From: an uncultured beta proteobacterium
GTDB taxonomy: Bacteria > Pseudomonadota > Gammaproteobacteria > Burkholderiales > SG8-39
NCBI GenBank assembly: GCA_963844255.1
Contig: CAWJNP010000035.1
Span: forward strand, 137-64,136
Length of the DNA: 64,000 bases
Direction of reading: 5' to 3'
Shown here in pieces: positions 1 through 10,010 of the stretch. Numbering within the stretch: the first letter of the stretch is position 1; each line of letters begins with the position of its first letter. The position numbers and the translations under genes are program-made. The notes below the pieces were generated by a model. That model did not search any database, was not told where the DNA came from, and saw only the letters and a program-made list of their open reading frames with translations.

Positions 1-45
1 ACGCAGCAGACGCTGCGCGCCGTTCTGCGCCGGCCAGACTCGTAA

Positions 46-63
46 CTGTATCGATATCGATAC
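46..63. promoter_or_regulatory. Perfect 18-bp palindrome TGTATCGATATCGATACA (copy 1 of 2; near-identical to the site at 10011-10028)
   Basis: Read directly from the sequence. The left half TGTATCGAT equals the reverse complement of the right half ATCGATACA. It lies in non-coding DNA 3' of the AstE-like gene and 5' of whatever lies left of the window. Confidence 0.5.
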
Positions 64-132
64 ACAAACTGGCAGGGAACCAGCCTGCAGAGCCGGTTTC
101 GTAAAAACAATCTTAAAGAATCGAGTGCCGGC

Positions 133-1014
133 TCAGGCCGGAAGCGTCATCCGCGTGCCGAAGTAGAACCACTCCCCGCCGGCGTCGGCCGATTCCTTGG
201 GCAGCACGATGTAACCGTCCTCGGGCGCGGCAAGGATCTCACCGCCCTGGAGCCTGGCCATCGCTTCGCCCTTCGCGACCGGATCGAAGTGGCGCCACGG
301 TTTAGCGAAGACCGCACCGGCCTCGCGACGGTAGACGCTCTTCATCCGCACGCAACGCTTCGCGGCGGACGGAACCGAGGCCGCCGCGCTCGCGTCCAGC
401 ATGCCCAGATGCGCCATTGCGCGGAGGATCGCGCGGTAGCCGACATCCGGGGCATCTGCGTTGTGGTGGTTTCCGCATTCGAGCGTGACCGCGAGCGCGC
501 CCCGGGTTCGCGCATATTCGGTCGTGCCCTGCGACTCCTTGCTGCCCTGTCCGTCGCCGAAGGCATCGCTCCAGCCGCAGACGAAGTCGCTCACGCCAAG
601 TGAAGTCCCGAAGGCCAGTTCCTTCGGGTCCTTCGGATCCAGGAAGATGAACGGGCCGCCCTGCGAGGTGTAGGAGTGCAGATCCAGCAGCACGTCGGTC
701 CGGTCCAGAAGATCGCAGACGATGGGGTCGAGGTGGTCTTCGTAGTGGCGCTTCTCGTCCTTCGGGTAGAGGTAGCGGTTCAGGTTGCGTTCCACGAAGC
801 GCACGTTCTGCGCATAGGCTCCGGGGTTGGTCACCGGGACCAGTTGCAGGGTTCCGAGTTTCGGGACGAGCACGCCGGCGTCGATGTCCGCGATCAGGCG
901 GCGGATCGCCTCGGCCCCGCAGCGCTCGTTGCCGTGCACCGCGCCCAGCACCGTGAGGGTGGGGCCGGGTACAAGTGAACGGTAGGTGACGATCCTGATG
1001 CTCATGGCGTCCAT
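133..1014 (-). CDS. Succinylglutamate desuccinylase/aspartoacylase (AstE/AspA) family zinc hydrolase
   Basis: 293-aa ORF with an HGNE-C zinc-binding N-terminal motif, a DLHS motif and a C-terminal His/Glu pattern typical of the AstE_AspA family. Its start codon overlaps the stop of the upstream OMF gene by 13 bp. Confidence 0.7.
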   Translation of the reverse strand: MDAMSIRIVTYRSLVPGPTLTVLGAVHGNERCGAEAIRRLIADIDAGVLVPKLGTLQLVPVTNPGAYAQNVRFVERNLNRYLYPKDEKRHYEDHLDPIVCDLLDRTDVLLDLHSYTSQGGPFIFLDPKDPKELAFGTSLGVSDFVCGWSDAFGDGQGSKESQGTTEYARTRGALAVTLECGNHHNADAPDVGYRAILRAMAHLGMLDASAAASVPSAAKRCVRMKSVYRREAGAVFAKPWRHFDPVAKGEAMARLQGGEILAAPEDGYIVLPKESADAGGEWFYFGTRMTLPA

Positions 1015-2414
1015 CCGCCGCCCAGCGCCTTCATGAGGTCAACGCTCGCCGCGAGCCGCGCCTGGCGGTTGCGCACGAACGCGAGTTCGGCGTCATTGGC
1101 ATTGCGCTGCGCATCCAGCACCTCGAGATAGGCCGAGTAGCCGGCATCGTAGCGCAGGCGCGCGAGGTGCAGGGTGCGGCGGGTCGCGGTCACGCGCGTC
1201 TGGTAGTCCGCTTCGGCCGCGTCGGTCTGCTGCGCGTTCGACAGGGCATCGGCGACCTCGCGAAACGCGCTCTCGATGCTCTTCTGGTACCCAGCCAGCG
1301 CTTGACGCTCGCGCGCGATCGCCGCGTCGGTGCGCGCCTGGAAGCGGCCGTGGTCGAAGATCGGCAGGCTGAGCGCAAATCCGAGCGACCAGATGTTGGA
1401 AGTTCCCTGGATGAGCGAGGAGAGCGCCTTGCTTTCCCAGCCGTCCGACCCGGTGAGCAGGATCGTCGGCAACATCGCGGCCTTCGCGACGCCGATCTGC
1501 GCGTTGGCCGAGATCAGGGACTGCTCGGCGACGCGGATGTCGGGACGCCGCTCGAGCAGGGCCGAGGGCAGGCCGGCCGGCGGCAGCGGCGGCACCGGCA
1601 GGGCGAGCAGATCGCGCTGCGGGTCTGGCGCAACGGCGAGGTCGAGGCGACCCGCGATCGTGGCGAGCTGGTGCTCGACCAGCGCGCGTTGGCGCACCAG
1701 TTCCTTCAACTGCGCCGAACTGTCGGCGCGGGCACTCTCGGCCTGGCTGATATCCAGATCCGAGGACACGCCGCCCCGCGCGCGGCGGCGGACGTAATCG
1801 AGCGCCTCGTCGCGGCTCGCGAGGGACTTCTGCGTGACCCCGATCTGCGCGTCCAGCGCGCGCAGCGAGAAATATGCCTGCGCGGTGAGTCCGGCGAGCG
1901 AGAGGGAGACGACGTCCTTCGCATAGCGCGTGCCCAGTGCCTGGGCGCGCACCGCCTCGACGCCGCGCCGCAGCCGGCCCCAGAAATCGAGCTCGAACGA
2001 GGTCGTGGCCGAGAGGCGCACGTTGTTGCGCACCGGCGGCACGGTTCCCGGCAGCGGCGTGGCCTGGGTGGAACTGATGCGCGAGCGGGTCGGCACCGCA
2101 TTGAGGTCGATCTGCGGCAGGAAGCTCGCGCCGGCCTCGCGCAGGTTGGCGTCGGCTTCTTCGATGCGCGCGACCGCGAGTCGGATGTCGCTGTTCTTTT
2201 CCAGCGCGTTGGCGACGAGTTCGTTCAGATTCGCGTCGCCGTACAGCGTCCACCAGTCTGCCTTGACCGTGACGCCGGCGGCGCCGGCAGGCGAGGCCGG
2301 GTAGTTCTGCGGCAGGTCCACGCTCGGACGGGCATAGTCGGGTCCGACCGGGGCGCATGCGGTCGCGAGCAGCGCGGCGGCGCAGGCAAGCCGGGTGAGG
2401 CGGATGCGGTTCAT
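1002..2414 (-). CDS. oprM: RND efflux outer-membrane factor lipoprotein (NodT/OprM family)
   Basis: 470 aa with a lipoprotein signal and LATAC lipobox. Length and coiled-coil OMF architecture fit. It is the last gene of the MFP-RND-OMF operon and overlaps the RND stop by 4 bp. Confidence 0.85.
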   Translation of the reverse strand: MNRIRLTRLACAAALLATACAPVGPDYARPSVDLPQNYPASPAGAAGVTVKADWWTLYGDANLNELVANALEKNSDIRLAVARIEEADANLREAGASFLPQIDLNAVPTRSRISSTQATPLPGTVPPVRNNVRLSATTSFELDFWGRLRRGVEAVRAQALGTRYAKDVVSLSLAGLTAQAYFSLRALDAQIGVTQKSLASRDEALDYVRRRARGGVSSDLDISQAESARADSSAQLKELVRQRALVEHQLATIAGRLDLAVAPDPQRDLLALPVPPLPPAGLPSALLERRPDIRVAEQSLISANAQIGVAKAAMLPTILLTGSDGWESKALSSLIQGTSNIWSLGFALSLPIFDHGRFQARTDAAIARERQALAGYQKSIESAFREVADALSNAQQTDAAEADYQTRVTATRRTLHLARLRYDAGYSAYLEVLDAQRNANDAELAFVRNRQARLAASVDLMKALGGGWTP

Positions 2415-5400
2415 GGCCCCCCCACTTCGCTCGGGGGCGGCTCCTCGCGCGGCGGTTTGCGTTTGCCGAGCAGCACGAAGAACAGCGGGATGAAGAGCGT
2501 CGCGACGAAGGTGGCGGCGAGCATGCCGCCGAACACGCCCGTGCCCATGGATTTACGCGCCGCGGCACCCGCGCCGGAAGCCAGCACCAGCGGAAGCACG
2601 CCCAGCACGAAGGCAAGCGAGGTCATCACGATCGGGCGGAAGCGCAGGCGCGCCGCCTCGACCGCGGCATCCCTGAGCGACATGCCCTGCGCCTGCTTCT
2701 GCGCGGCGAACTCGATGATCAGGATCGCGTTCTTGGCGGCCAGCGCGATCAGGGTCACCAGACCGATCTGGAAATAGATGTCGTTGCTCATGCCGCGCAG
2801 CAGGATCGACACCAGCGCGCCGAGCACCGCGAACGGCACCGCCAGCAGCACCGCGACCGGCAGCGACCAGCGCTCGTACTGCGCGGAGAGGATCAGGAAC
2901 ACCATGATGAGCGCGAAGCCGAACGCGAACACCGAGGCGTTGCCGATGCGGCGTTCCTGGAATGCCTGCGCCGACCATTCGAGGAAATAGCCGGGCGGCA
3001 GGGTCTTTGCCGCGACTTCCTCGACCGTGGCGATGGCCTGCCCCGAGCTGATGCCAGGCGCGCCGGCGCCGAGCAGCTTGGTTGCGAGGAAGCCGTTGAA
3101 GCGGTCCAACTGCTCCGCGCCCACGGTCCGCTCGAGGCGCACCAGGGTCTTCAGGGGCAGCATTTCGCCCGTGGTGGTCGAACGCACATACACTGCGCCC
3201 AGATCATCGGGCTTGGAGCGGAACGCGGGTTCGGCCGAAATCTGCACCCGGAACGTCCGCCCGAACTTGTTGAAGTCGTTCACATACAGCGAGCCCATCG
3301 TGCCCTGCAGCGCGTCGAACACGTCGCCGACCGGCACGCCGAGCGAGAGCGCTTTCTCGCGGTCGATTTCGGCGAACAGTTGCGGCACCGTGGGGCGAAA
3401 GAAGCTGTTGATGCCGGTGAGCTCCGGGCGCTTGCGCAATTCCCCGGTGAACGTGTTCAGCACCTGGGCGAGCTTTTTCGGATCGCCGCTTACGCGGTCC
3501 TGCAGGTAGGCCTCGAACCCGGCCGCCTGGCCGAGGCCCCGGATCGGCGGCGGGTTGAACAGCAGCGAAATGCCGTCGCGCAGGCCGCCGTTCTTGCCGG
3601 CGTTGTAGGCGATCACGTCATACGAACTGGTGGTGCGCTCGTCCCAGGGATGCAGGGTGACGAACATGGTGCCGGCGTTGGTCTTGTTGCCCCCGCCAAT
3701 GAGGTCGAAGCCGCTGATCGAGAACACGTGCTCCACCGAGGGGTTTTCGGCCAGGTTTTTCTGCACTGTCGCGCCGAACCGGCCGGTGCGTTGCAGGGTC
3801 GCCCCGTCCGGCAGGACCATCGCGCCGTAGAGGAAGCCCATGTCCTCCGAGGGCACGAAGCTGCGCGGCACCGTGCGGATCAGCCAGACCGAGGCGGCGA
3901 GCAGCGTGGCGAACACCAGCATCGCAATCACGCCGTGCCTGAGCACGAAGCGCACGCCGGTGATGTACGCCCGGGTCAGCCCGGCAAAGCCCTGGTTGAA
4001 GGGGCGGAAGATCGGCGACTCCTTGTGGGTGGGCTTCAGCAGCACGGCGCACAGCGCAGGGGTCAGGGTGAGCGCGACGAAGCCGGAGATGACCGCCGCA
4101 ATCGTGACCGTCACCGCGAACTGCTGGTACAGCTTGCCGGCGATCCCGCCGAGGAAGGCCACCGGGATGAACACCGCGCAGAGCACCAGCACGATCGCGA
4201 CGATCGCGCCCGACACTTCCTTCATCGCCTCGATCGCCGCCTGGCGCGGCGTGAAGCCGCGCTCGGCCATCAGGCGCTCGACGTTCTCCAGCACCACGAT
4301 CGCATCGTCGACCACGATGCCGATCGCCAGCACCATGGCGAACAGGGTCAGGGTGTTGATCGAGAAACCGAATGCGTAGAGACCCGCGAAGGCGCCGATC
4401 AGCGAGATCGGCACCGCGATGATCGGGATCAGGGTCGCGCGCCAGCTCTGCAGGAACACGAACACCACCAGCAGCACCAGTGCGGCGGCGATCAGCAGCG
4501 TGTGCACCACCTCGTTGATCGAGGCCTGCACGAAGCGCGTGGTGTCGAACGGCACGATGTAGGTGATCCCCTGCGGAAAGGTCTTCGAGACTTCCGTCAT
4601 CGTCTTGCGCACCGCCTCGGCGACCTTGAGCGCGTTGGCGCCCGATTGCAGCCAGATCGCGGTGCCGATGGTCGGCTTGCCGTCGACGGTGACGAACTGG
4701 TCGTAGCTCTGTGCGCCCAGCTCCATGCGCGCCACGTCCTTCAGGCGCAGCACGCCGCCGGGGCCGCTCGAGCGCAGGATGATCTCGCCGAACTCCTGCG
4801 GGTCGGCCATGCGGCCCTGCGCGGTGACGGTGTACACCAGTTCCTGTCCGGGCGGCGCAGGCTCGGCGCCGATCTTGCCCGCGGCGTACTGCGCGTTCTG
4901 CGAGCGGATCGCGCTTGCCACGTCGGTGGTGGTGATGCCCAGTTGTGCCATGCGGTCCGGCCGCAGCCAGATGCGCATCGAATAGTCGCGCGCGCCGAAG
5001 ATCGTCGCGTCGGCCACCCCGGGCACGCGCTTCAGGATGTCGAGCACGTTGACCGTGATGTAGTTCGACAGGTACAGCGTGTCGTAGCGCGGGTCGGTCG
5101 AACTCACCGCCACCGCCATCAGGATGTCGTTCGAGCGCTTCTGCACCACCACGCCGGTGCGCCGCACGTCGTCCGGCAGGCGCGGCAGGGCGATCTGCAC
5201 CCGGTTGTTGGTCTGGATCGTGGCGTTGTTGATGTCGGTGCCGACCTCGAAAGTGACGGTGATCGTCAGCGCGCCGTTGGAGGCGGCGCTCGAATTGAAA
5301 TACAGCAGGCCTTCGATGCCCGAGAGCTGCTCCTCGATCGGCGCTGCGACGGTGCGCGCGAGGGTCTCGCCGCTGGCGCCGGGATAGTTGGCCGTGATGG

Positions 5401-5530
5401 TCACGGTGGGTGGTGCGATTTCGGGGTACTGCGCGATCGGCAGGACCTGGGAGGCGACGAGTCCCGCGAGTGTGATCACGATCGAGATGACGCCGGCAAA
5501 GATCGGCCGGCTGATGAAGAAGCGGGTCAT
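2411..5530 (-). CDS. acrB: RND multidrug efflux permease (HAE1 family, AcrB/MexB-like)
   Basis: Intact 1039-aa ORF with 12-TM RND topology and two large periplasmic loops. It has a conserved N-terminus (MTRFFISRPIFA) and the C-terminal charged tail typical of AcrB/MexB. Confidence 0.92.
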   Translation of the reverse strand: MTRFFISRPIFAGVISIVITLAGLVASQVLPIAQYPEIAPPTVTITANYPGASGETLARTVAAPIEEQLSGIEGLLYFNSSAASNGALTITVTFEVGTDINNATIQTNNRVQIALPRLPDDVRRTGVVVQKRSNDILMAVAVSSTDPRYDTLYLSNYITVNVLDILKRVPGVADATIFGARDYSMRIWLRPDRMAQLGITTTDVASAIRSQNAQYAAGKIGAEPAPPGQELVYTVTAQGRMADPQEFGEIILRSSGPGGVLRLKDVARMELGAQSYDQFVTVDGKPTIGTAIWLQSGANALKVAEAVRKTMTEVSKTFPQGITYIVPFDTTRFVQASINEVVHTLLIAAALVLLVVFVFLQSWRATLIPIIAVPISLIGAFAGLYAFGFSINTLTLFAMVLAIGIVVDDAIVVLENVERLMAERGFTPRQAAIEAMKEVSGAIVAIVLVLCAVFIPVAFLGGIAGKLYQQFAVTVTIAAVISGFVALTLTPALCAVLLKPTHKESPIFRPFNQGFAGLTRAYITGVRFVLRHGVIAMLVFATLLAASVWLIRTVPRSFVPSEDMGFLYGAMVLPDGATLQRTGRFGATVQKNLAENPSVEHVFSISGFDLIGGGNKTNAGTMFVTLHPWDERTTSSYDVIAYNAGKNGGLRDGISLLFNPPPIRGLGQAAGFEAYLQDRVSGDPKKLAQVLNTFTGELRKRPELTGINSFFRPTVPQLFAEIDREKALSLGVPVGDVFDALQGTMGSLYVNDFNKFGRTFRVQISAEPAFRSKPDDLGAVYVRSTTTGEMLPLKTLVRLERTVGAEQLDRFNGFLATKLLGAGAPGISSGQAIATVEEVAAKTLPPGYFLEWSAQAFQERRIGNASVFAFGFALIMVFLILSAQYERWSLPVAVLLAVPFAVLGALVSILLRGMSNDIYFQIGLVTLIALAAKNAILIIEFAAQKQAQGMSLRDAAVEAARLRFRPIVMTSLAFVLGVLPLVLASGAGAAARKSMGTGVFGGMLAATFVATLFIPLFFVLLGKRKPPREEPPPSEVGGP

Positions 5531-5540
5531 GGGCTGCGCC

Positions 5541-6776
5541 CTACTTCTTTGCGGCGCTTTGCGCCGGGGCCGGCTTGTCCGCCGCGGGCTTGTCCGCCGC
5601 GGGCTTGTCCGCCACGGGCTTGTCCGCCACGGGCGTTACGGACGAGCCGGGCCGGATCTTGAGCAGGTTGTCGACGATGACGCGGTCGCCCGGTTTCAGG
5701 CCCTCGAGGATCATCCAGTCGGAACCCACCCAGGGGCCGAGCTTCACCGGGTGCAGCGCCGCCTTGCCGTCCGCGCCGAGCACGAACAGGAGCGAGCCCT
5801 TTTCGGTCTGCAAAACGGCTGGCTGCGGCACGAGGTAGACCTGGTTGCGTTCGCCGGCGACCACCATGACGCGCACGAACTGGCCGGGCAGCAGTTGCTG
5901 TTTCGGATTTTCGAATGCTGCGCGCAGCTGCTGGGTGGCAAGTTTCGGATCGATCTGGGTGGCCGTGAAGTTGAGCTGCCCGCGCCCGGCATAGGTGCTG
6001 CCATCGGGCAGGACCAGCTTGAGCTCGGTGCCTGCACCGCGCGCAAGCCGTCCGCCGGGCAGCTTGGCGAGGTCCGAGTCCGAGAGGCTGAACCGGACCC
6101 AGATCGGGTCGATCTGGTTGATCGTCGTGAGCAGGCTGTCCGTCCCGGCGCTGATCAGACTGCCTTCGGAGCGCACCGCGCGGCCGCTGACGCCGGACAC
6201 CGGCGCGGCGACCTGCGTGTAGGACAGGTTCAGCTCGGCTTGCTTCACGTTGGCTTCGGCCACCTGCAGCGTCGCGTCCGAGAGTTTCAGCGTGGAAGTC
6301 GCATCGTCGTACTCCCTGCGGCTGATCGCCTTCTCGTCGGCCAGAGACTTGAGCCGGCCCGCCTCGCGCTTTGCCTGGTCGTTGCGCGCGCGCTCCTGCG
6401 CGAGCTGGGCGCGGGATTGCGCCAACGCGATTTCGAACGGCGTGGGGTCGATCTGGAACAGTGGCGCACCGGCGCGCACCACTTCGCCCTCGGTGTAGAG
6501 GCGCTTTTGCAGGATGCCGGTGACGCGTGCGCGCACCTCGACTTCCTTTGAACCCTCGACCTGGCCGACCAGTTCGAGCCGTACGGGCACGCGCTGCGGC
6601 TGCGCTTCGATGATCCTGGCCTGCACCGCAGGCGGCGGCTTGGGCGCGGTGTCGGGGGCTTGCTTGCCGCAGGCGCACAGCAGTGCGATGAGGGCCATGG
6701 CGGCGGCGGGTGTGCGAATGTGTCGGGGAGTCATGCTCGCTGGACGTGTGGCCGTAGGATGCGAAGGACTATACAA
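5541..6776 (-). CDS. acrA: RND efflux membrane fusion protein (AcrA/MexA family) with a C-terminal (D-K-P-x-A)n repeat tail
   Basis: Lipoprotein signal (LLCACG lipobox), so the start is probably the internal Met near 6734. It has the HlyD/biotin-lipoyl-like MFP fold. The C-terminus is PVADKPVADKPAADKPAADKPAPAQSAAKK. Confidence 0.88.
   Translation of the reverse strand: MYSPSHPTATRPASMTPRHIRTPAAAMALIALLCACGKQAPDTAPKPPPAVQARIIEAQPQRVPVRLELVGQVEGSKEVEVRARVTGILQKRLYTEGEVVRAGAPLFQIDPTPFEIALAQSRAQLAQERARNDQAKREAGRLKSLADEKAISRREYDDATSTLKLSDATLQVAEANVKQAELNLSYTQVAAPVSGVSGRAVRSEGSLISAGTDSLLTTINQIDPIWVRFSLSDSDLAKLPGGRLARGAGTELKLVLPDGSTYAGRGQLNFTATQIDPKLATQQLRAAFENPKQQLLPGQFVRVMVVAGERNQVYLVPQPAVLQTEKGSLLFVLGADGKAALHPVKLGPWVGSDWMILEGLKPGDRVIVDNLLKIRPGSSVTPVADKPVADKPAADKPAADKPAPAQSAAKK
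5572..5634. repeat. Tandem 15-bp repeat (ggcttgtccgccgcg / gccacg variants, about 4 copies) encoding the DKPxA repeats of the MFP C-terminus
   Basis: Direct tandem repetition visible in the sequence at the 3' end of the MFP gene. Confidence 0.8.
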
Positions 6777-6811
6777 TCAGACATGTATGTTTACAAGCAA
6801 CTGAGAATCAT

Positions 6812-7480
6812 TTGCGCAGGACAAAAGAAGACGCCGAGAAGACGCGCCAGCGGATCATAGCGGCGGCCGCGAGGGTGTTCTGCCGCCAGGGCGTCGGGCG
6901 CACCTCGATGGAGCAGATTGCGCGCGATGCGGGCGTCACCCGCGGTGCGGTCTACTGGCACTTTGCCAACAAGGCGGCCCTGTATTTTGCGATGCGCGAA
7001 CACGTGACGGTGCCGATGATCGATCGCGTCGATCTCGCGCTCAAACGCGGCGGCGCGGCCGACGCGCTTGACTCGGTCCAAGCGCTCCTCGGGGGCATAC
7101 TCGACGCGCTCGAGACCGACCGGGACACCCGACGGGCCCTGGACATCATCCATTACAAATGCGAATACGTGGACGAGCTGGCCGGCGAGCTGGATACCCA
7201 CCGGGTGCGCACCGCAGAGTTTGTCGCCAAGCTTGCGCGGGCTTATCGCGCGGCCCGCGCGGCCGGGACACTGCGGACCGGCCTGGAACCGGCACTGGCG
7301 GCACGCGACAGCTGCGCTTTCGTAGTCGGCCTGATCCGCATCTGGTTGATCGACGCGAGTGGGTCGTTGGTAAAAAGGCGGGCCCGGGACCTCATACGCG
7401 CGCATGTCGAATCCAGGCGCGCACCGCCGGCAGCCGCCAGGCTGCGCGGGGGAGGGCGCAGAGTTTCAACCTGGGGTTAG
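6812..7480 (+). CDS. acrR: TetR/AcrR family transcriptional repressor, divergent from the efflux operon
   Basis: N-terminal TetR HTH (RTSMEQIARDAGVTRGAVYWHF). It is divergently arranged from the MFP gene with a 35-bp intergenic region. It starts with a TTG codon, and the intergenic region has an ACATGT-centred imperfect palindrome. Confidence 0.85.
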   Translation: MRRTKEDAEKTRQRIIAAAARVFCRQGVGRTSMEQIARDAGVTRGAVYWHFANKAALYFAMREHVTVPMIDRVDLALKRGGAADALDSVQALLGGILDALETDRDTRRALDIIHYKCEYVDELAGELDTHRVRTAEFVAKLARAYRAARAAGTLRTGLEPALAARDSCAFVVGLIRIWLIDASGSLVKRRARDLIRAHVESRRAPPAAARLRGGGRRVSTWG

Positions 7481-7558
7481 AATGTGCCGGCACCGGGGGC
7501 TGCGCGCTTTTCGACTCCTCCGGACTGTCGACCCCACACAATAAGGTGCCAGGTGCGA

Positions 7559-9716
7559 ATGAAACAGAAACTGCTTTGGCTGCTCCTTGTACTCGCGAGT
7601 GCGGTGCGCGCGGCGGCGCCCGAAGACGGTGCGCTCTCCGCAGGAGCTCAAGCCCGTCCCGCAGGAGGCACGCGCGGCCCACGTGGCCGCCGAGGTGCTC
7701 ACCCGCTACCACTACACGGGGACGCCGCTGGATGTGGCGCTCTCGAACCGGATCTTCGACCAGTACGTGAAATCGCTGGACGGCGAAAAACTGCTGTTCG
7801 TCCAGTCCGATATCGACCAGCTGTCTGCCAACCGCGCCAGGCTGGGCGAGGCGATCGTCAAGGAAGATCTCTCCGTGCCGTTCGCGATATTCAATCTGTA
7901 CAGGCAGCGCGCGGCCGAGCGCTTCACCTATGCCCGCAGCCTGCTCAAAAAGGGATTTGATTTTCACAAGGAGGAGGGCTACCAGTTCGCGCGCGACAAG
8001 GCGGTCTGGGCGAAATCCGAAGCCGAGATCCAGGATTTCTGGCGCAGGCGGGTGAAGAACGACTGGCTGCGTCTGAAGATCGCCGGCAAGAACGACAAGC
8101 AGATCGTCGAGTTGCTCGACCGGCGCTATGACAGCTTCATCAAGCGGATCGGGCGCGTACGAGGCGCCGACGCCTTTCAGACGTTCATGAACGCCTATAC
8201 GACGGCGATCGAGCCGCACACCAACTACATGGGACCGCGGGCCGCGGCCGAGTTCGACATCTCGATGCGGCTGTCGCTGGTCGGCATCGGCGCCTCGCTG
8301 GCCGAACTCGACGATTACGTCACCATACGCGAGCTGATACCCGGCGGGCCGGCGATCCTGTCGGGGCTGATCAACGTGGGTGACCGCATCGTTGGTGTCG
8401 CCCAGGGCGAGAGCGGTCCCGTGACCGAGATCCTTGGCTGGCGGCTCGACGATGCCGTGGCGCTGATCCGGGGCGCCCCCGATTCGGTGGTGGTGCTCGA
8501 CATCCTGCCGGCGGACGCCGGGCCGGATGGCAAGCACAGGCGGATTTCCCTGGTGCGCAAGAAGATCAGCCTCGAAGCGCAGGCTGCGAAGTCCTCGGTG
8601 CACGAGGTGACGGACGGGCAGGTCACCCGCCGTGTCGGCGTGATCGCGCTGCCCTCGTTCTACGAGGATTTCGCGGGCAGGCAGAAGGGCACGAAGGATT
8701 ACCGCAGCGCGACCCGCGACGTGGTCCGCCTGCTCGAGGACCTGAAGACGAAGAAGGTCGACAGCCTGCTGATCGACCTGCGCAACAACGGCGGCGGGTC
8801 GCTCACGCAGGCCATCGAACTCACGGGCCTGTTCATCGACAAGGGGCCGGTGGTGCAGCAGCGGAACGCGCGCGGCCAGATCTCGGTGGGCAGCGACAAC
8901 CTGGCCGGTGTGGCCTGGGACGGACCGCTGGGCGTGCTGATCAACCGGCGTTCGGCCTCGGCCTCCGAAATATTTGCGGCGGCCATCCAGGACTACGGCC
9001 GCGGAGTGATCATCGGCGAGGCGAGTTTCGGCAAGGGCACGGTGCAGAACCTGGTCGATCTCGATCGGATCGCGAGGAACAACAAGCCGCAGTTCGGCGA
9101 ACTCAAGATGACGATTGCACAGTTCTTCCGCATCAACGGGGGCACGACACAGCTGCGCGGCGTGATTCCGGACATCCCGTTCCCTGCGGTGTCCGACGCG
9201 CAGCACGTCGGCGAGTCGAGCTTCGACAATGCCTTGCCCTGGGTGCAGATCAAGGCGCTCGACTACGCGCCGGTCGCGGACCTCAAGAGTGTCCAGTCGG
9301 CGCTGCTGGCACGGCACGAGGCCCGCGTGAAAGCCGACAAGGACTTCCGCCTGCTGCAGGAGAGCCTTGCGGAGGCGAAGACGCAGCGCGAGAAAAACCT
9401 GGTTTCCCTGAACGAGGCTGCGCGCCGCAAGGAACAGTCAGCGCTGGAGGCGCGCCAGGCGGCGCGTGAGGCGCAGTTGAGTCCGGCGGCGAAGACCTCC
9501 GCCCCGGGTGCGGACAATCCGTTGCGGGACGATGGTCTGCAGTTTGGCGAGCGCAAGCTCTCGAGGGAGCTTGCGGCCGAAAAGGCGCGCAAGTCGGTCA
9601 AGGACATCCTGCTGAACGAGGCCGTGCGCATCCTGGCCGACGCGGCCGCGATACTGCCCGCGAGCCCCGGGCTGGCGGCCATCGTCAAGCCGGGCGCGGC
9701 GCTGCTGCCGAACTAG
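7559..9716 (+). CDS. prc: Carboxy-terminal processing (tail-specific) protease Prc, S41 family; apparent +1 frameshift near 7625-7645
   Basis: The Sec signal peptide MKQKLLWLLLVLASAVRAAAPEDG is encoded from the ATG at 7559 with an AAGGTG Shine-Dalgarno. The mature Prc body (LKPVPQEARAAHVAAEVLTRYHY..., PDZ and S41 regions) continues in a different frame, the one starting at 7587. Confidence 0.85.
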
Positions 9717-9728
9717 CCGGCCGGCGGC

Positions 9729-9992
9729 TCAGTCGCTGACGTAGGGCCGCGCGAGCTTGAGACGCACGCTCAGGCCGACGCGCAGGGCGACGCGCAGCAG
9801 CGCTTCGAGGCTGAATTCCGCGGCGCGGCCGTTCATCAGCAGGTTCAGGCGGGGCCTTGTCAGGCGCAGCATCGCGGCCAGCTGTGTCTGTGTCATTCCT
9901 TCTTCGCCTGCCTGCTCGACGATGTGATCGAGGCGCCCCCTGATCGCGGCAATCGCCTGTTTGCGCAATGCGAGCATCGGGTCTGCAGCCAT
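9729..9992 (-). CDS. XRE-family helix-turn-helix transcriptional regulator (HigA/antitoxin-like, no toxin partner present)
   Basis: 87 aa with an HTH core MTQTQLAAMLRLTRPRLNLLMNGR, the typical C-terminal EALLRVALRVG, and a GRLDHI N-terminal helix. No adjacent RelE/HigB-like ORF was found on either side. Confidence 0.75.
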   Translation of the reverse strand: MAADPMLALRKQAIAAIRGRLDHIVEQAGEEGMTQTQLAAMLRLTRPRLNLLMNGRAAEFSLEALLRVALRVGLSVRLKLARPYVSD

Positions 9993-10010
9993 CCTTCACC
10001 TCCACATGGG

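Noticed and set aside
1093-2777. 507-aa minus ORF and 536-aa plus ORF overlapping the OMF gene
   Set aside because: Alternative-frame or antisense artefacts with low-complexity R/A/G-rich translations. The OMF frame has a lipoprotein signal and conserved architecture.
3380-5662. 760-aa plus-strand ORF antisense to the RND permease
   Set aside because: Extremely biased (R/D/H/G) composition. The RND gene on the minus strand is intact and conserved.
5527-6678. 383-aa ORF in an alternative frame of the MFP gene
   Set aside because: Arg/Pro/Gly-rich junk translation. The MFP frame has a lipobox and the HlyD fold.
6777-6811. TetR operator palindrome in the acrR-acrA intergenic region
   Set aside because: Only a short ACATGT-centred imperfect symmetry (…CAGACATGTATGTTTACAAG…) is present. 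It is too weak to call as an operator without comparative data.
7392-9317. 641-aa ORF antisense to prc
   Set aside because: No recognisable domains. It is opposite a clearly conserved S41 protease.
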